A program made the translations under genes and the position numbers. This document shows positions 9,947-20,485 of a stretch of DNA of 64,000 bases, piece after piece. Under the pieces are notes generated by a model. It searched no databases, was not told the origin of the DNA, and was given only the letters and a program-made list of their open reading frames with translations. Source of the stretch: Kiritimatiellia bacterium (GTDB lineage Bacteria > Verrucomicrobiota > Kiritimatiellia > JAQICX01); assembly GCA_027858345.1 (NCBI GenBank), contig JAQICX010000252.1, forward strand, positions 5,297-69,296, read 5' to 3'. Position 1 is the stretch's first letter. The number at the start of each line of letters is the position of its first letter.

Positions 9947-12838
9947 ATGCTGTTTTTCAATATTTCACTTCTTCTAGGTTTGGCAATGATTTCTGTTCCG
10001 GTGATTATCCATCTGCTTAACAGAAAGTCTGCAAAAGATGTTATGTGGGGGGCAATACAATTTCTATTGGATTCCATTAACAGTCGTCGCCAGAAAATTC
10101 TTTTAGAAGAAATTCTACTTTTAGTTGTGCGTTGTATACTGGTTGGTTTGCTTGCGTTAGCCATGGCAAGACCATTTATTCCATCCGGCTCTAGTTTGCC
10201 GTGGTTAGTTGTTCTGCCAATCGGATTATTAGGTATTGCATCCTTTGCAGCATCTTTTGCTTTGCTTGACTATCCGTTGTGGCGCAAAAGGCTTGTTATG
10301 GCAGCTATTGGCTGTGCACTGCTTGCAACCATTCTTGTTGGACTTCAGAAATGGATGAATTTTAACATTTTTGGTTCATCAGGAAAGCGAGATGTTGTTC
10401 TTATAATTGATGGTTCAACATCAATGAGCCGAATGAATGAAAAAGGTATTACTTTTTTTGAACAGGCAGTTCAAGAGGCAATGGATTTGGTTGAAGAATC
10501 ACCAAGAGGTGTGGCATATTCTATTATTGTTGGTTCTGATGTTCCGCATGTGCTGGAGGCGGCTCCAATAATTGAACATAGACGTCTGACAGAAAAACTT
10601 GGTATGCTTAAGCAGCCTGGTGGTGAACTTAATCTTCCTGATTGTATGGCCTCTGCATCAATTTGTTTGTCACAGGGAAATAATGTCGCCAAACAGGTTG
10701 TTATATTTGCAGATGAACAAGCATGCAGTTGGCAGTCATCAAACTCATCTGGTTGGAAGATGGTTCAAAAGGCATTTAGAAAACTTTCAACATACCCACA
10801 GGTAACTTGGATGAGTTATTCTGTTCCGATAAATTATCGAAATATTTCAGTCGTAGATATCACTCCAAGTCGTAATATTATCGGTACAGATAGAGCAGTT
10901 GATTTTGATGTTACTGTTGAAAACACAGGAAATGAAGCCATCACACCTGGTGTTTTGTTTTTCGAAATTGATGGTAAGAAAATGATCGATAACACACTTG
11001 GCCAACTTGATGTTGGGGAGCAGGCAACGGTTAGTTTCAAACATCGCTTTATGGATTCAGGAACGCATATTGCAAACGCAAGATTAGCAACAACAGATGA
11101 GTTGCTTGCAGATAATGAACGCCAATATATTATACCTGTTGTTGATGAACTATCTGTTCTTGTTGTAGAAGGTCGTCCTGGCGATAGCTTCGTTAAAAAG
11201 AGTGCTGGATTCCTGACTTTGGCTCTTCTTCCCAGTCAAGAGAAGTTGGACACGCAGGATGATAACAATGAATATCTTGTTCAACCTGTTGAGGTGACAT
11301 CTTTGCAGTTGGCAAAAATCGTAGATTTCTCAATGTATAATGCTGTTGTATTAGCAGATGTTCAACGAATGCCTTTTGATGTCGCCGACGCTTTGGCCTC
11401 ATTTGTTAAATCAGGTGGTGGTTTGCTTGTTCTTTCTGGTGAAAAATCTGATTCAAAGTTTTATAATGAGTGGAAGTATGGCGGTGATGCAGTTTTGCCG
11501 ATGAAACTGTCAACATGGAATAAAAACTATGAAGAGCCCTTGAAGCCTGCACTTGAAACATTTAGAGTTGAAACACTTGACCGGTTGTTGAACAGACAGG
11601 ATAACGATTTTTCAACCTGGTTAATAAAAGGCTCGTGGGATGTTGATCAGGAAGCAGGGGATCCAAATAAGATTGAAGGTCGTTATAGTTCAGGTAGTCC
11701 AATGTTTGCAGTAAATAATTTGGGTAATGGTAAAATTATCCAGCTGACAACAACACTTGATGCAAATGCAGGAAATATTGTTTCCAGAAAAATATATGTG
11801 CCATTGGTGCATGAATTAATTTATACACTGGCTATGCCAAATCAGACAGATTTGAATTTGACTCCTCTGACAGCGCAAAGCTTTGCATTAAGTGTAGGAG
11901 TTGGAGGTTTTGATGCTTCCGGGAAAAGTCATGGACTTAAGTCAACTTTTTATAAAGGAGATAGTGAAAACAGAAATTCAAAGTTAACTAAAACAACAAA
12001 GACTGTTCGAAACATTGATTTTGACTGGAAAGATAAAAATCCTTATGGCGGAACTCCAGATAATTTTACTGCTATTTTTGAAGGTCGCCTAACTCCAACA
12101 ATTTCAGGGGAATTTGAGTTTACAATCGCTGGTGATGATAGAGCTATTTTATGGTTGGATGGCAGAGAAATTGTTAATTTAAGAAATGCTGGTTCAGCTA
12201 CAGGCAAAGCTAATCTGGTTGCAAATAAAGACTACAAGTTGAAAATGAAGTATCAGGAAGATACAGGTGATGCATTTGTCAAAATGTATTGGCAAACAGC
12301 TGGACTCCCCAAAGAGATTGTTCCTCAAGCGAATTTTTCCATGCCTGTTACAGAACAGAAAAACTTACCAACAGGTATTAAAACATTTGCAACTGGTCCT
12401 GGAAAAGAAAAGTTTCAAATGTCAATTAATCAGCTTGGACCTTCGCTTTATGCACAAATGAAGACTCCACCAATACCCGGACTTTTCAAACTGGAGGTTC
12501 CATCAATGTTTGACCAGAATTTATCTTGGATGTTTGAGAAAAACACATCATTAATACCATTTGTAATCACTCTTAACAGCGAAGAGAGTTTGATGGCTGC
12601 ACTGTCTGAGGGTGCTCTTGCTGATATTACAAAATATGTGGATATAATGAGCACTTCAAAACTTGAAGATGTTAAAGCATCAGTTGAAGGTAAATCATTT
12701 GGTCGGGAAATATGGCGTTTTCTTGCGGTTGGAGCCCTTATCTTAGTTTTGGCTGAAATCATGCTGTCAAGATGGATTGCTGTACAGAGAAGAACAGGAA
12801 AAGAAGAACGCGTTAAGTTTGAAGAAATGTCAAATTAA
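9947..12838 (+). CDS. BatA-like membrane protein: N-terminal double-TM aerotolerance-type domain + vWA domain + PA14 domain + C-terminal TM
   Basis: 'ISLLLGLAMISVPVIIHLLNRK' is the N-terminal double-TM BatA_N type. 'VVLIIDGSTSMS' is a vWA MIDAS motif. 'DFDWKDKNPYGG...FEGRLTP..SGEFEFTIAGDDRAILWLDG' is PA14. A C-terminal hydrophobic helix follows. It is third in the moxR-DUF58 operon. Confidence 0.75.
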   Translation: MLFFNISLLLGLAMISVPVIIHLLNRKSAKDVMWGAIQFLLDSINSRRQKILLEEILLLVVRCILVGLLALAMARPFIPSGSSLPWLVVLPIGLLGIASFAASFALLDYPLWRKRLVMAAIGCALLATILVGLQKWMNFNIFGSSGKRDVVLIIDGSTSMSRMNEKGITFFEQAVQEAMDLVEESPRGVAYSIIVGSDVPHVLEAAPIIEHRRLTEKLGMLKQPGGELNLPDCMASASICLSQGNNVAKQVVIFADEQACSWQSSNSSGWKMVQKAFRKLSTYPQVTWMSYSVPINYRNISVVDITPSRNIIGTDRAVDFDVTVENTGNEAITPGVLFFEIDGKKMIDNTLGQLDVGEQATVSFKHRFMDSGTHIANARLATTDELLADNERQYIIPVVDELSVLVVEGRPGDSFVKKSAGFLTLALLPSQEKLDTQDDNNEYLVQPVEVTSLQLAKIVDFSMYNAVVLADVQRMPFDVADALASFVKSGGGLLVLSGEKSDSKFYNEWKYGGDAVLPMKLSTWNKNYEEPLKPALETFRVETLDRLLNRQDNDFSTWLIKGSWDVDQEAGDPNKIEGRYSSGSPMFAVNNLGNGKIIQLTTTLDANAGNIVSRKIYVPLVHELIYTLAMPNQTDLNLTPLTAQSFALSVGVGGFDASGKSHGLKSTFYKGDSENRNSKLTKTTKTVRNIDFDWKDKNPYGGTPDNFTAIFEGRLTPTISGEFEFTIAGDDRAILWLDGREIVNLRNAGSATGKANLVANKDYKLKMKYQEDTGDAFVKMYWQTAGLPKEIVPQANFSMPVTEQKNLPTGIKTFATGPGKEKFQMSINQLGPSLYAQMKTPPIPGLFKLEVPSMFDQNLSWMFEKNTSLIPFVITLNSEESLMAALSEGALADITKYVDIMSTSKLEDVKASVEGKSFGREIWRFLAVGALILVLAEIMLSRWIAVQRRTGKEERVKFEEMSN

Positions 12839-13040
12839 CGGTCTGCTGGTGAGTCACGGATGGACACGGTAAGAGCGTTGTACCTATAGTGACTCTCTCT
12901 CTTTGTAGAGCCATTGTCTCGGAGAGCGAAGGCTAATACCCTAGGCTTTGTTATTCCGGGCTATCAGTCCTGCTTTTCTCTACCTTTTTTGTCCTTTGGG
13001 GCTTTTTCGTCGTTTGCTTTCCTGAACTCATAATTCTTTA

Positions 13041-14081
13041 TTATTTTTCAAAGTTGATTCGCGGGTCGATGATTACGTAGCATAGATCGGATAGGATGTT
13101 GCCTAGAAGCCCGAATATTGATGTTAGTGATAGTATCCCCATAAAAACAGCATAGTCACGGCTTGTAATTGCAGTGAGACTAAGACGTCCCATTCCTGGA
13201 ATCTCAAATACTCGTTCTATTATTACTGAACTTGCAAAAATTAAGGTTAGTATTGAACCAAATCCAGTTGCTATTGGAATAAGACTGTTTCGTAGAGCAT
13301 GTTTCCAGACTGCTGTTTTGTAGTGAACGCCTGTTGCAATAACAGTTCTCATATAATCTTTGCCGACTTGATCAAGTAGAGAATTTTTCATCAGCATTGT
13401 AAGCACTGCAAAATTGCCTGCCACGTAACATAGAACGGGTAGAAACATGTGGGTGAAAACATCTTTAAATTTGCCAAATGAACTCATCGATGCAAAGTTG
13501 TCAGATTGATATCCGGAGATAGGGAAGATGTCAAACAGTCCATCTGTTGTGCCGCACAGTAACATTTTCAATAACATGCCCAGTGCAAATGCCGGAATTG
13601 AGTAGGCGATGAAAACAGTCATACTGCTTGTGAAGTCGAAGACTGAACCGTGTTTTAGTGCTTTTGCAATGCCCAGCGGAATACATATTAGGTAACTGAG
13701 AAGAAAGCCTGAGAGTCCAAATGTTAGAGACACAGGAAATCGCTTGCGAATAAGCTGCCAGGCGGTTTTGTCTGTATACATGTATGATTTCATTCGCAAG
13801 CCAACGCAGTCGCGTATCAGCCAGTTGTAATAACGCACTATTAGTGGCTTGTCAAAACCAAAGGCCTTTTCAAGTTCTTCTCTCTGTTGTTCCGAGATAG
13901 TGTTTGCATTACCTTGCGGTGAAGATTGTTCGCCGCCAAAACCTCGCATCTCCATTAGCTTTTGTTCCACTGGACCGCCAGGCACAATCTGGGCAATTGA
14001 GAAACATAGAAAGGTTATTGCCAAGAATGTTGGTATTATCAGCAATAGCCTTCTTATAAAATATGCAAGTTTATTGTTCAT
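13041..14081 (-). CDS. ABC transporter permease, OppB/DppB/YejB family
   Basis: 346 aa with 6 TM helices and the EAA-like region 'SLLDQVGKDYMRTVIATG' typical of peptide/microcin-type ABC permeases. Confidence 0.8.
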   Translation of the reverse strand: MNNKLAYFIRRLLLIIPTFLAITFLCFSIAQIVPGGPVEQKLMEMRGFGGEQSSPQGNANTISEQQREELEKAFGFDKPLIVRYYNWLIRDCVGLRMKSYMYTDKTAWQLIRKRFPVSLTFGLSGFLLSYLICIPLGIAKALKHGSVFDFTSSMTVFIAYSIPAFALGMLLKMLLCGTTDGLFDIFPISGYQSDNFASMSSFGKFKDVFTHMFLPVLCYVAGNFAVLTMLMKNSLLDQVGKDYMRTVIATGVHYKTAVWKHALRNSLIPIATGFGSILTLIFASSVIIERVFEIPGMGRLSLTAITSRDYAVFMGILSLTSIFGLLGNILSDLCYVIIDPRINFEK

Positions 14082-14337
14082 TGTGTTAAAAGATAAGTAT
14101 CTTATTCATTGTTAAAATTTAGTGTGTAGTTTGTTTTGTTATTTGTTATATAATTATTTAACGTCAACTTAACATAAAGCTCAACACATTTCCATATCAA
14201 AATCTGTCTAAATTTTCCAGACCATTATAATCTATATTCTATGATTCTATTAAATATTTGTAATGCTCAGAATTATAGTCTATCCAATTCCTTTTAACAA
14301 TAAATAATTTGTTCCGTTTTTTGTTTTATGATTGATA

Positions 14338-15048
14338 TCAATGCTGTAGTTGAAGAAGTTCTGTTTTAATAGAAATATAAAGATTTGATACCCATATTGG
14401 AGCATAAATGAAATCATCAGGCAATTCTTGCTTACGAAAATCTATTGGAGTTAGAATAACGGATATGTTATCAATTCCTGTTTCTGCTGACATAACAAAC
14501 AGCTCTTCAATCGCTTCATTTCCCATGGCAAGACATCCAATAGAACAATTGCTGCCATGTATCATTATATCAGAACCAAGGTTATTACGATATTCAATTT
14601 GTGCTTTCTCAATATCAAAGGAATTAGGATAGTTTAAGCGGAGAGCCAGATGAAACATACTGTTGGGGTTAAGAGACTCTACTTTATAAAATCCTTCTGG
14701 CACCTGTTTGTCTCCCTCTTTGAGTTTGTGACCAAGTTTGCCACTAGCTCCCAAAATGGAGTATGATTTAAGAAAAACAGGAGGTTGGGAAACCCAAACT
14801 TCAAGTTTTTTATCCTGCTTGATACCAACCAATACAATGTTCTGAGGAGGATAATCAACGCCAATTCGCTCGAAATCAGGGGTAATGCGTTCATGGACTA
14901 TTGAACCAAATTGCTCAATACGTTCCGCAACAGTTTTATTCCCCCTTAAATTTTGTACTTTCGCATATATATCTTTGTGGCATTTTAAAAGCACAAGCCC
15001 AACTACAGTAATAGCCACAAGAAAAATGTAAACACTTTTAATTTTCAT
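14338..15048 (-). CDS. L,D-transpeptidase (YkuD-fold)
   Basis: N-terminal TM anchor. Catalytic 'IMIHGSNCSIGCLAMGN' (His/Cys motif of LD-TPases). Confidence 0.7.
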   Translation of the reverse strand: MKIKSVYIFLVAITVVGLVLLKCHKDIYAKVQNLRGNKTVAERIEQFGSIVHERITPDFERIGVDYPPQNIVLVGIKQDKKLEVWVSQPPVFLKSYSILGASGKLGHKLKEGDKQVPEGFYKVESLNPNSMFHLALRLNYPNSFDIEKAQIEYRNNLGSDIMIHGSNCSIGCLAMGNEAIEELFVMSAETGIDNISVILTPIDFRKQELPDDFIYAPIWVSNLYISIKTELLQLQH

Positions 15049-15703
15049 TCTCTATGTTTATTGAGCTTTTCATATTCTTTTTTGTCAAAATAATAAAATC
15101 TTTTAGTAACGACTTGTATTGGGGATGATTTATTTGCTTTAAAATTATTTCAGCTTGATCAGGTCTATCAATATAGCACCATGCACTTGCCTCTATCATT
15201 ATAAGAGTTTCTTTTAGTGTTGTACCTTCGTATGGAGTATAAAGCTTAACAATTCCCTTACAAACAGAATCTTGTTGTTTTTCGACAAGAACAAAATCAA
15301 TGTTTTTTCGGGCTTCTTGTGCCAATTTGATCTGAGTAAGGTGTTCGCCTGTATTACCATATTGCAAAACTTTGTAAAATTTTGCAATTTGTGCCTCCCA
15401 GGATTTTTGGTCATTTTTCAAAATATCATCGCATATTTTGAATGGTTCCTGTACTTTCTGTTTGTTCATGTTTGTTGTATCTTGACAAATTAAATATGTT
15501 GCAAGCGTAATTTTAACCTTTCTTAAATCATTGCTTGTAAGATTAGCATTGGATACATTTGTTCTTAATAATTGTATCGTTTTAGGGTTATTCCATTTGT
15601 TTGTAGAATTCAAATCATCCTCTACAATGCTAAAAACATTTTCTTTCGCAAAACAAGTAATTAAAGCTATTAAGTTAATAGCAACCATAAGTTTAACTTT
15701 CAT
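15038..15703 (-). CDS. secreted hypothetical protein (signal peptide ...CFAKE)
   Basis: ORF with a cleavable signal peptide. A J1-junction remnant (KTHESATNAYFRLDFDENNIKLW) lies immediately upstream at 15704-15798. Confidence 0.5.
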   Translation of the reverse strand: MKVKLMVAINLIALITCFAKENVFSIVEDDLNSTNKWNNPKTIQLLRTNVSNANLTSNDLRKVKITLATYLICQDTTNMNKQKVQEPFKICDDILKNDQKSWEAQIAKFYKVLQYGNTGEHLTQIKLAQEARKNIDFVLVEKQQDSVCKGIVKLYTPYEGTTLKETLIMIEASAWCYIDRPDQAEIILKQINHPQYKSLLKDFIILTKKNMKSSINIENEN

Positions 15704-15798
15704 CTTACCAATTTCCTTTCTCTACTTCTGTCCAAAGTTTAATGTTGTTCTCATCAAAATCTAATCTAAAATATGCATTAGTTGCCGACTCATGAGTT
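15704..15798 (-). pseudogene. orphan remnant of the conserved J1 junction of the large secreted-protein family
   Basis: Minus-strand translation gives 'KTHESATNAYFRLDFDENNIKLWTEVEKGNW*'. This matches 'VKTHESATNAFFRLEFDENKLNIWTKDS' of 22328..25528 and 16444..17505. Confidence 0.55.
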
Positions 15799-16428
15799 TT
15801 AATCAGCGCTATCTTTACTTAGAATTGTTGAAATTCTTTTATTTAACAGATTCAAGTCTTGGGTATAAGAAGAATCACCTTTTTGGGGTAAACTATGCAG
15901 TCCATATCTCTTTGCATAATTGAGTTCGACAATCTGAAGTCCTATCGGAGACATTTTCTTGTTAGACTTTGCATCAGGAAGTAAAAGCTTAACTAAACTA
16001 CAATTATTCGTCCAACTAATAATACCATAACCTTTGTTCTTTTCAACATTAATACCAGCAGGAGTTCCATACTTTTCAAATGTCTCACGCACAACATATG
16101 TTTGTTCTTCTTCCGAACTTGTATGTTCCTGTGTATAAATCACAGATATAAGTTTATTAGTACTAAAAAGGTAAATAGCCTTGTCAAAGAGATTAGTACT
16201 ATACTTTTCGACAAGCCCTCCTTGAGGCTTATTTTTATCAGGCTTTGTATTTACAATATCTAGACCTACGTTAAAGACTTCGGCATTTGGATGGTTTTCC
16301 ACAAACGTTTTCCAATCCATTCCAATCTGAACATGATATACTGTATCAGGAATTATGTTTTTATTATCTTCTTTGGCAAATAATGCTATAGCACATGTCA
16401 TTAAACTTATAATTACGATCTTTTTCAT
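15799..16428 (-). CDS. secreted hypothetical protein (candidate partner/immunity for the 353 aa module)
   Basis: Signal peptide 'MKKIVIISLMTCAIALFAKED'. It sits directly downstream of the 353 aa alternative C-terminal module. Confidence 0.5.
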   Translation of the reverse strand: MKKIVIISLMTCAIALFAKEDNKNIIPDTVYHVQIGMDWKTFVENHPNAEVFNVGLDIVNTKPDKNKPQGGLVEKYSTNLFDKAIYLFSTNKLISVIYTQEHTSSEEEQTYVVRETFEKYGTPAGINVEKNKGYGIISWTNNCSLVKLLLPDAKSNKKMSPIGLQIVELNYAKRYGLHSLPQKGDSSYTQDLNLLNKRISTILSKDSAD

Positions 16429-16443
16429 TTTATTATATCCTTA

Positions 16444-17505
16444 CTATTTATTTGATGGTTGTAACATTCCTGCTCTACCAATATTGTTTAAATCATCTAA
16501 TATTAACAAATCACCTAAGTCCAATAATTGAATAATTTCAGTTTCAATCTGAACTCTTGTGGTAGCACCATTCTCAACAATAGTACGACCTGTCAAATTA
16601 TTGTTTAAATCCATAACTGTTTCATTATGCGGGTTACCATTAAAAATTCCTGTTCTTTCATGAGCATCTGCTAGTCCTTGAGCATCTTCGGAATTCCAGT
16701 CTAAAGTCATTATTGCATTCCAATAAGCATGCCTTGCAGCATCTGCTCGACCATTATGAATTCCTCCTCCTAAACCTGTTAGATTTACTTGAGCCCAGAG
16801 TACTGCTTCATCTCTTAATTGATCAACGGTTAAACTACGGACAGGATGGCTAATACACCATGCAATCTCACCTTCTCCTACCGACAAATTAAATACAAAT
16901 AGTTTTGCAAAACAGTTGGTCATTTCTGCGACTTCAACCTGTTCCGTCTGTAAACCTGATGTCCAACAATAAATATTTATATCCTTACCTGTACCAGACT
17001 TCATTCCTGACCAGATATAATATTCGGCAGGAAGTTCTACTTCCATTTCAACATCTAGCTCAACATCGTCTTCTTGTAGAACACCAATACTTTTATAGGA
17101 ATTTACAGTTGCAGGGTCAATGAGTTTTGAGCTTGACATATCATCAGTCTTAAAATACAGCTCTGGTGATATCCAAAATAAAATCTCAAAATCATTCGTC
17201 CACAAATCAGTATTATCAAGAACATAAGTTACATCAATATCATGCTCTCCTGCCTCAATCCCCTGAACAAAATAGGTTTGCTCGGCACCATCAGAAAACA
17301 GATCATCATAAGAGTAATTATGATACGCCTGAATAAGGTTGCCATTTGGAATATATGAATTCGTTCTTGTTATCATAGCATTACTGTCTTTTGTCCAAAT
17401 TTTTATTTTTGTTTCATCAAACTCTAATCTGAAGAAGGCATTTGTTGCACTCTCATGAGTTTTGACTAAGATTGGCATAAAATCCAGCCATGTGCAGTTC
17501 CCCAT
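16444..17505 (-). CDS. alternative C-terminal module of the large secreted-protein family (begins at the J1 junction, then diverges)
   Basis: The first 95 aa ('FMPILVKTHESATNAFFRLEFDETKIKIWTKDSNAMITRTNSYIPNGN...AYHNYSYDD') are about 80% identical to the mid-region of 22328..25528. The remaining 250 aa are unrelated (ending '...RHAYWNAIMTLDW...'). Confidence 0.6.
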   Translation of the reverse strand: MGNCTWLDFMPILVKTHESATNAFFRLEFDETKIKIWTKDSNAMITRTNSYIPNGNLIQAYHNYSYDDLFSDGAEQTYFVQGIEAGEHDIDVTYVLDNTDLWTNDFEILFWISPELYFKTDDMSSSKLIDPATVNSYKSIGVLQEDDVELDVEMEVELPAEYYIWSGMKSGTGKDINIYCWTSGLQTEQVEVAEMTNCFAKLFVFNLSVGEGEIAWCISHPVRSLTVDQLRDEAVLWAQVNLTGLGGGIHNGRADAARHAYWNAIMTLDWNSEDAQGLADAHERTGIFNGNPHNETVMDLNNNLTGRTIVENGATTRVQIETEIIQLLDLGDLLILDDLNNIGRAGMLQPSNK

Positions 17506-17760
17506 CGACAGATATACTGCCTACCCCTGCAATAAACTCAAGATCAGCAGTTCCACCTACTAGAGCCGAATACGATCCAGCTTTTAATTCAACTTCAATA
17601 AGATCATTTTCATTTGCACCAGTTTCGGAGTCTCCAGTCTCCATTCACACTGATTCCCGCACCAGGACCTTCTTCCAGATCATCGGGGATTTCATGCTTC
17701 TGAAATGGGCTTCCATATCCAGGAACTTCAGTCTGAGGACGGTAAGCTTTTAGGTCTACT
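17453..17760 (-). pseudogene. frameshifted fragment of the J2 junction ('..AYRPQTEVPGYGSPFQKH..GDSETGANENDLIEVELK..GGTADLEF')
   Basis: Homologous to residues 740-800 of the 1066 aa protein. There is an internal 'gagactggagact' duplication, and the fragment is fused out of frame onto the start of 16444..17505. Confidence 0.55.
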
Positions 17761-17788
17761 TTCGGAACAATGATTTTCCCTTCTTTAT

Positions 17789-18271
17789 CTAAGCAATAAA
17801 TACCATACCAAGAATTATCAGTTCAATAATTCCTATTAATAACAGCATAGCATTAATTATTGTGTGCATTCTGCATTTTTTTCTAATACTAGCAATATAA
17901 TTCCAAGATGTAGATGCAATAATAAAGGTGGCAAAAACACCAACAAGTATCACTTGTAGACCGTCAGGCAAGCAACCATATAATATTTGCATTGCATCGG
18001 GACCAAAAAAAAGAACTAGCAAAAAAACAGAAAGAATAAATTCCCAAAATGGCCAACGTGGATTACTATTAGCAACAAGAAAAAAACCTGAAATAAAGCT
18101 TACAATACTAACCGTAAATGCCGGACCACCAACTAAAAACAAAGCAAGTAACATTGCCCATCCCCCCGTTGGCCTAACATCTCCACTGATTAAAAATATA
18201 GCATACTTGGCAATTAACATGGACAAAGTTACAGCAACTATGCACACAGACATATGAATTAATTTTTTCAT
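17789..18271 (-). CDS. small polytopic membrane protein (about 5 TM)
   Basis: 160 aa, strongly hydrophobic with about 5 predicted helices. It is embedded in the cassette array. Confidence 0.5.
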   Translation of the reverse strand: MKKLIHMSVCIVAVTLSMLIAKYAIFLISGDVRPTGGWAMLLALFLVGGPAFTVSIVSFISGFFLVANSNPRWPFWEFILSVFLLVLFFGPDAMQILYGCLPDGLQVILVGVFATFIIASTSWNYIASIRKKCRMHTIINAMLLLIGIIELIILGMVFIA

Positions 18272-18319
18272 TATTATAAAATCCTAAATTTAAAATATAA
18301 CATTCCCTAAAGCAAGTAA

Positions 18320-19201
18320 TTAAGGTATAGTTTCCCATTTTTGAGTCACAAGACCTTGAGTAGTACTTAGCACATAAGAATTAGTACTAGCTTTCAAATG
18401 TCTAATCAGTTCAACATTTATTTTCTGAGGTTTTTCCTTTAGCACCTCGACAACATAAACATCAAGCCACCATTTATCTTTCTTCGAAAGAGCAACAAGA
18501 TCTGAAATGTTTTGCAGTTCAATTCTCTTTTTCACATCTTTAAGTTCTTCGTTATCAGAAAAAAAATGTTCTGAAAGTAGCTTAGCTCCATCTTGCAGGG
18601 AAACGTTATATAGATACCGAATAAAACCTGGTTTAGCTTGAATTTTATGTTTTTCAAGAAGTCGTTTATAGGTTGAAAAATCAGCAGAACCATTCTCATT
18701 ATATGCATGTACCTCACCAAGCCAGTTTTCTGCGATTGAAACATCTACCATGTTTGTACATTCTAAAACAGGTAATAAACCACAAGTAATATCATCCTTA
18801 CTCATTGAAAGTTCACGCATAATAATACCAACAATTAATGGAGATCGAGCATCTTTAGATGTTTGACGAAAAAATAGTAGCTGCCTCATTATCTCTGGAC
18901 CATCATCTGACAGTAAACGTGAAAAAGAGTTTAGTTTTTCTTGAAGTTCTTCTTTAGTGTCAACTGCCAGAAACTCCACATTATTGGATGATACTAAACT
19001 AAGTAAGAGTTCCTGTGCCTCAATATGTGGTTTAATACTTGTGTGATTTTTTTTCTTATTAGGTTCTTGAGCATAAATACATACAGAAAATAAAATAAAG
19101 ACTATAGTTAGCACAGCAATACCAGTAAATCGATTAACGATACAGTTATTGAATTGAATATCAGGTATACCAATTTCATTGTTTTTTACATTTGTGTTCA
19201 T
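18320..19201 (-). CDS. secreted/membrane-anchored helical 'partner' protein, paralog 3 (candidate immunity or foldase)
   Basis: Shares 'QLLFFRQ' and a C-terminal 'KWWLDVYVVEVLKEKPQ' block with 19654..20466 and 21395..22306. It has an N-terminal hydrophobic segment. Confidence 0.55.
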   Translation of the reverse strand: MNTNVKNNEIGIPDIQFNNCIVNRFTGIAVLTIVFILFSVCIYAQEPNKKKNHTSIKPHIEAQELLLSLVSSNNVEFLAVDTKEELQEKLNSFSRLLSDDGPEIMRQLLFFRQTSKDARSPLIVGIIMRELSMSKDDITCGLLPVLECTNMVDVSIAENWLGEVHAYNENGSADFSTYKRLLEKHKIQAKPGFIRYLYNVSLQDGAKLLSEHFFSDNEELKDVKKRIELQNISDLVALSKKDKWWLDVYVVEVLKEKPQKINVELIRHLKASTNSYVLSTTQGLVTQKWETIP

Positions 19202-19208
19202 AATAATT

Positions 19209-19568
19209 TTATCTTTCTATCTTGAGTTTAAGCATACTTGTAGTAGGCGTAAGAACGATTGGGTAATCATCAATGGTGCCATGCGTAACTGATGGAGTTG
19301 GTATATCAACATTCCAACCTAAGTTTTGCCCTGGTGGGTCAGTCGCATCACCAGAAAGTCCCGTAACAGCTGTCTGCCAAAAATTTACATGATATTCACT
19401 CGATGGCGGATATTTTGTTTCGGCATTCACATCAATTTCAGAGTCATTTTCAATAGCATCAATATATGCAGTGAATTTGATTGTAAAAGAGCCTATAGTG
19501 GAGCGATTATCATTAAGTCGCTTTGCAAGATCATATACCGAGCCTCCACCATGACTATAACCAATCAT
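19209..19568 (-). pseudogene. N-terminally truncated alpha/beta-hydrolase (lipase-like) C-terminal module
   Basis: It starts exactly at the 'GYSHGGGSVYDLA' nucleophile-elbow motif and is homologous to the last 120 aa of 22328..25528. No upstream homology remains. Confidence 0.55.
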
Positions 19569-19653
19569 AGCTATTTGATTAACAAACTGGTTTAATACTG
19601 TAGTCTTTCACCCCCCGCGACACCGTGAACTGACATAACAAAAAGCCTGTTTC

Positions 19654-20466
19654 TTATTCAAAGTTTATTTGTTCGTTTTGGATTTTTTGAACCATGTTAC
19701 TGACGATATAATTATTGCTAAGTTCGAATTCTTTAATAATTTCTGGAACTATAAGTTTAGGTTTTTGGCTCATTAACTCCAATATATATAGCTGTATCCA
19801 CCATTCTGTATTATCAGCAAGCACCTTAATCGTTTTGGATTTGTCAGAGTATTTTGTTTTATCCATAAGTGATTTTGCTTTATATTTACTAAAATTGATA
19901 TTTGCAAAGGTTGACAATGCACTCTCTGGTGATGTTGTATACATATATTTTACGAGCTCCATATTTTTTGTATACATATTTTTTTGTATTAGATTCTTAT
20001 AGTGATTAAATTGATATGAATGTTTTTTTTGATCATAGTCAATATTTTCAAGCCATTCGTAAATCTCTGCTTTCATAACATCATTTGTTGTTCCAATATA
20101 CGGAATAATTCCAGCATACTGATCTGTTTTTGAAATATTTAATTGTTCCATAATATATAATGGCAACAATTTCTCCATTTCATTATTAGCATTCACCTTG
20201 AAAAATAGTAATTGTGCAATAAACTCTGAATTCCCTCCTGATTCTTCTTTAAAATCATTTAGTTTTGCTTTAAGTACAAACTCTGATGTTATTCCATCTG
20301 GAAATAATTTCTGTCTTTCTAATAAATTTGTTGAACTCAACATTTGCAAAAAACATTGGACTTGTTCGTTTGGATTAATTACTTGATTCTTTACTTTTAT
20401 TTGTTCTTCTGCATTTCCAAAAGATATAATCATAATAGTTCCCAATAAAATTAATTTTTTATACAT
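19654..20466 (-). CDS. secreted helical 'partner' protein, paralog 2
   Basis: Signal peptide. Shares the 'IAQLLFFKV' and C-terminal 'EWWIQLYILELMSQKPKL' blocks with its paralogs. Confidence 0.55.
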   Translation of the reverse strand: MYKKLILLGTIMIISFGNAEEQIKVKNQVINPNEQVQCFLQMLSSTNLLERQKLFPDGITSEFVLKAKLNDFKEESGGNSEFIAQLLFFKVNANNEMEKLLPLYIMEQLNISKTDQYAGIIPYIGTTNDVMKAEIYEWLENIDYDQKKHSYQFNHYKNLIQKNMYTKNMELVKYMYTTSPESALSTFANINFSKYKAKSLMDKTKYSDKSKTIKVLADNTEWWIQLYILELMSQKPKLIVPEIIKEFELSNNYIVSNMVQKIQNEQINFE

Positions 20467-20485
20467 TGTTTTTCTTCCTTTAATA

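Noticed and set aside
13041-14081. Calling the permease specifically a microcin C/YejB transporter
   Set aside because: Only family-level (OppB/DppB/YejB) assignment is supportable from one permease and one SBP without the ATPase genes.
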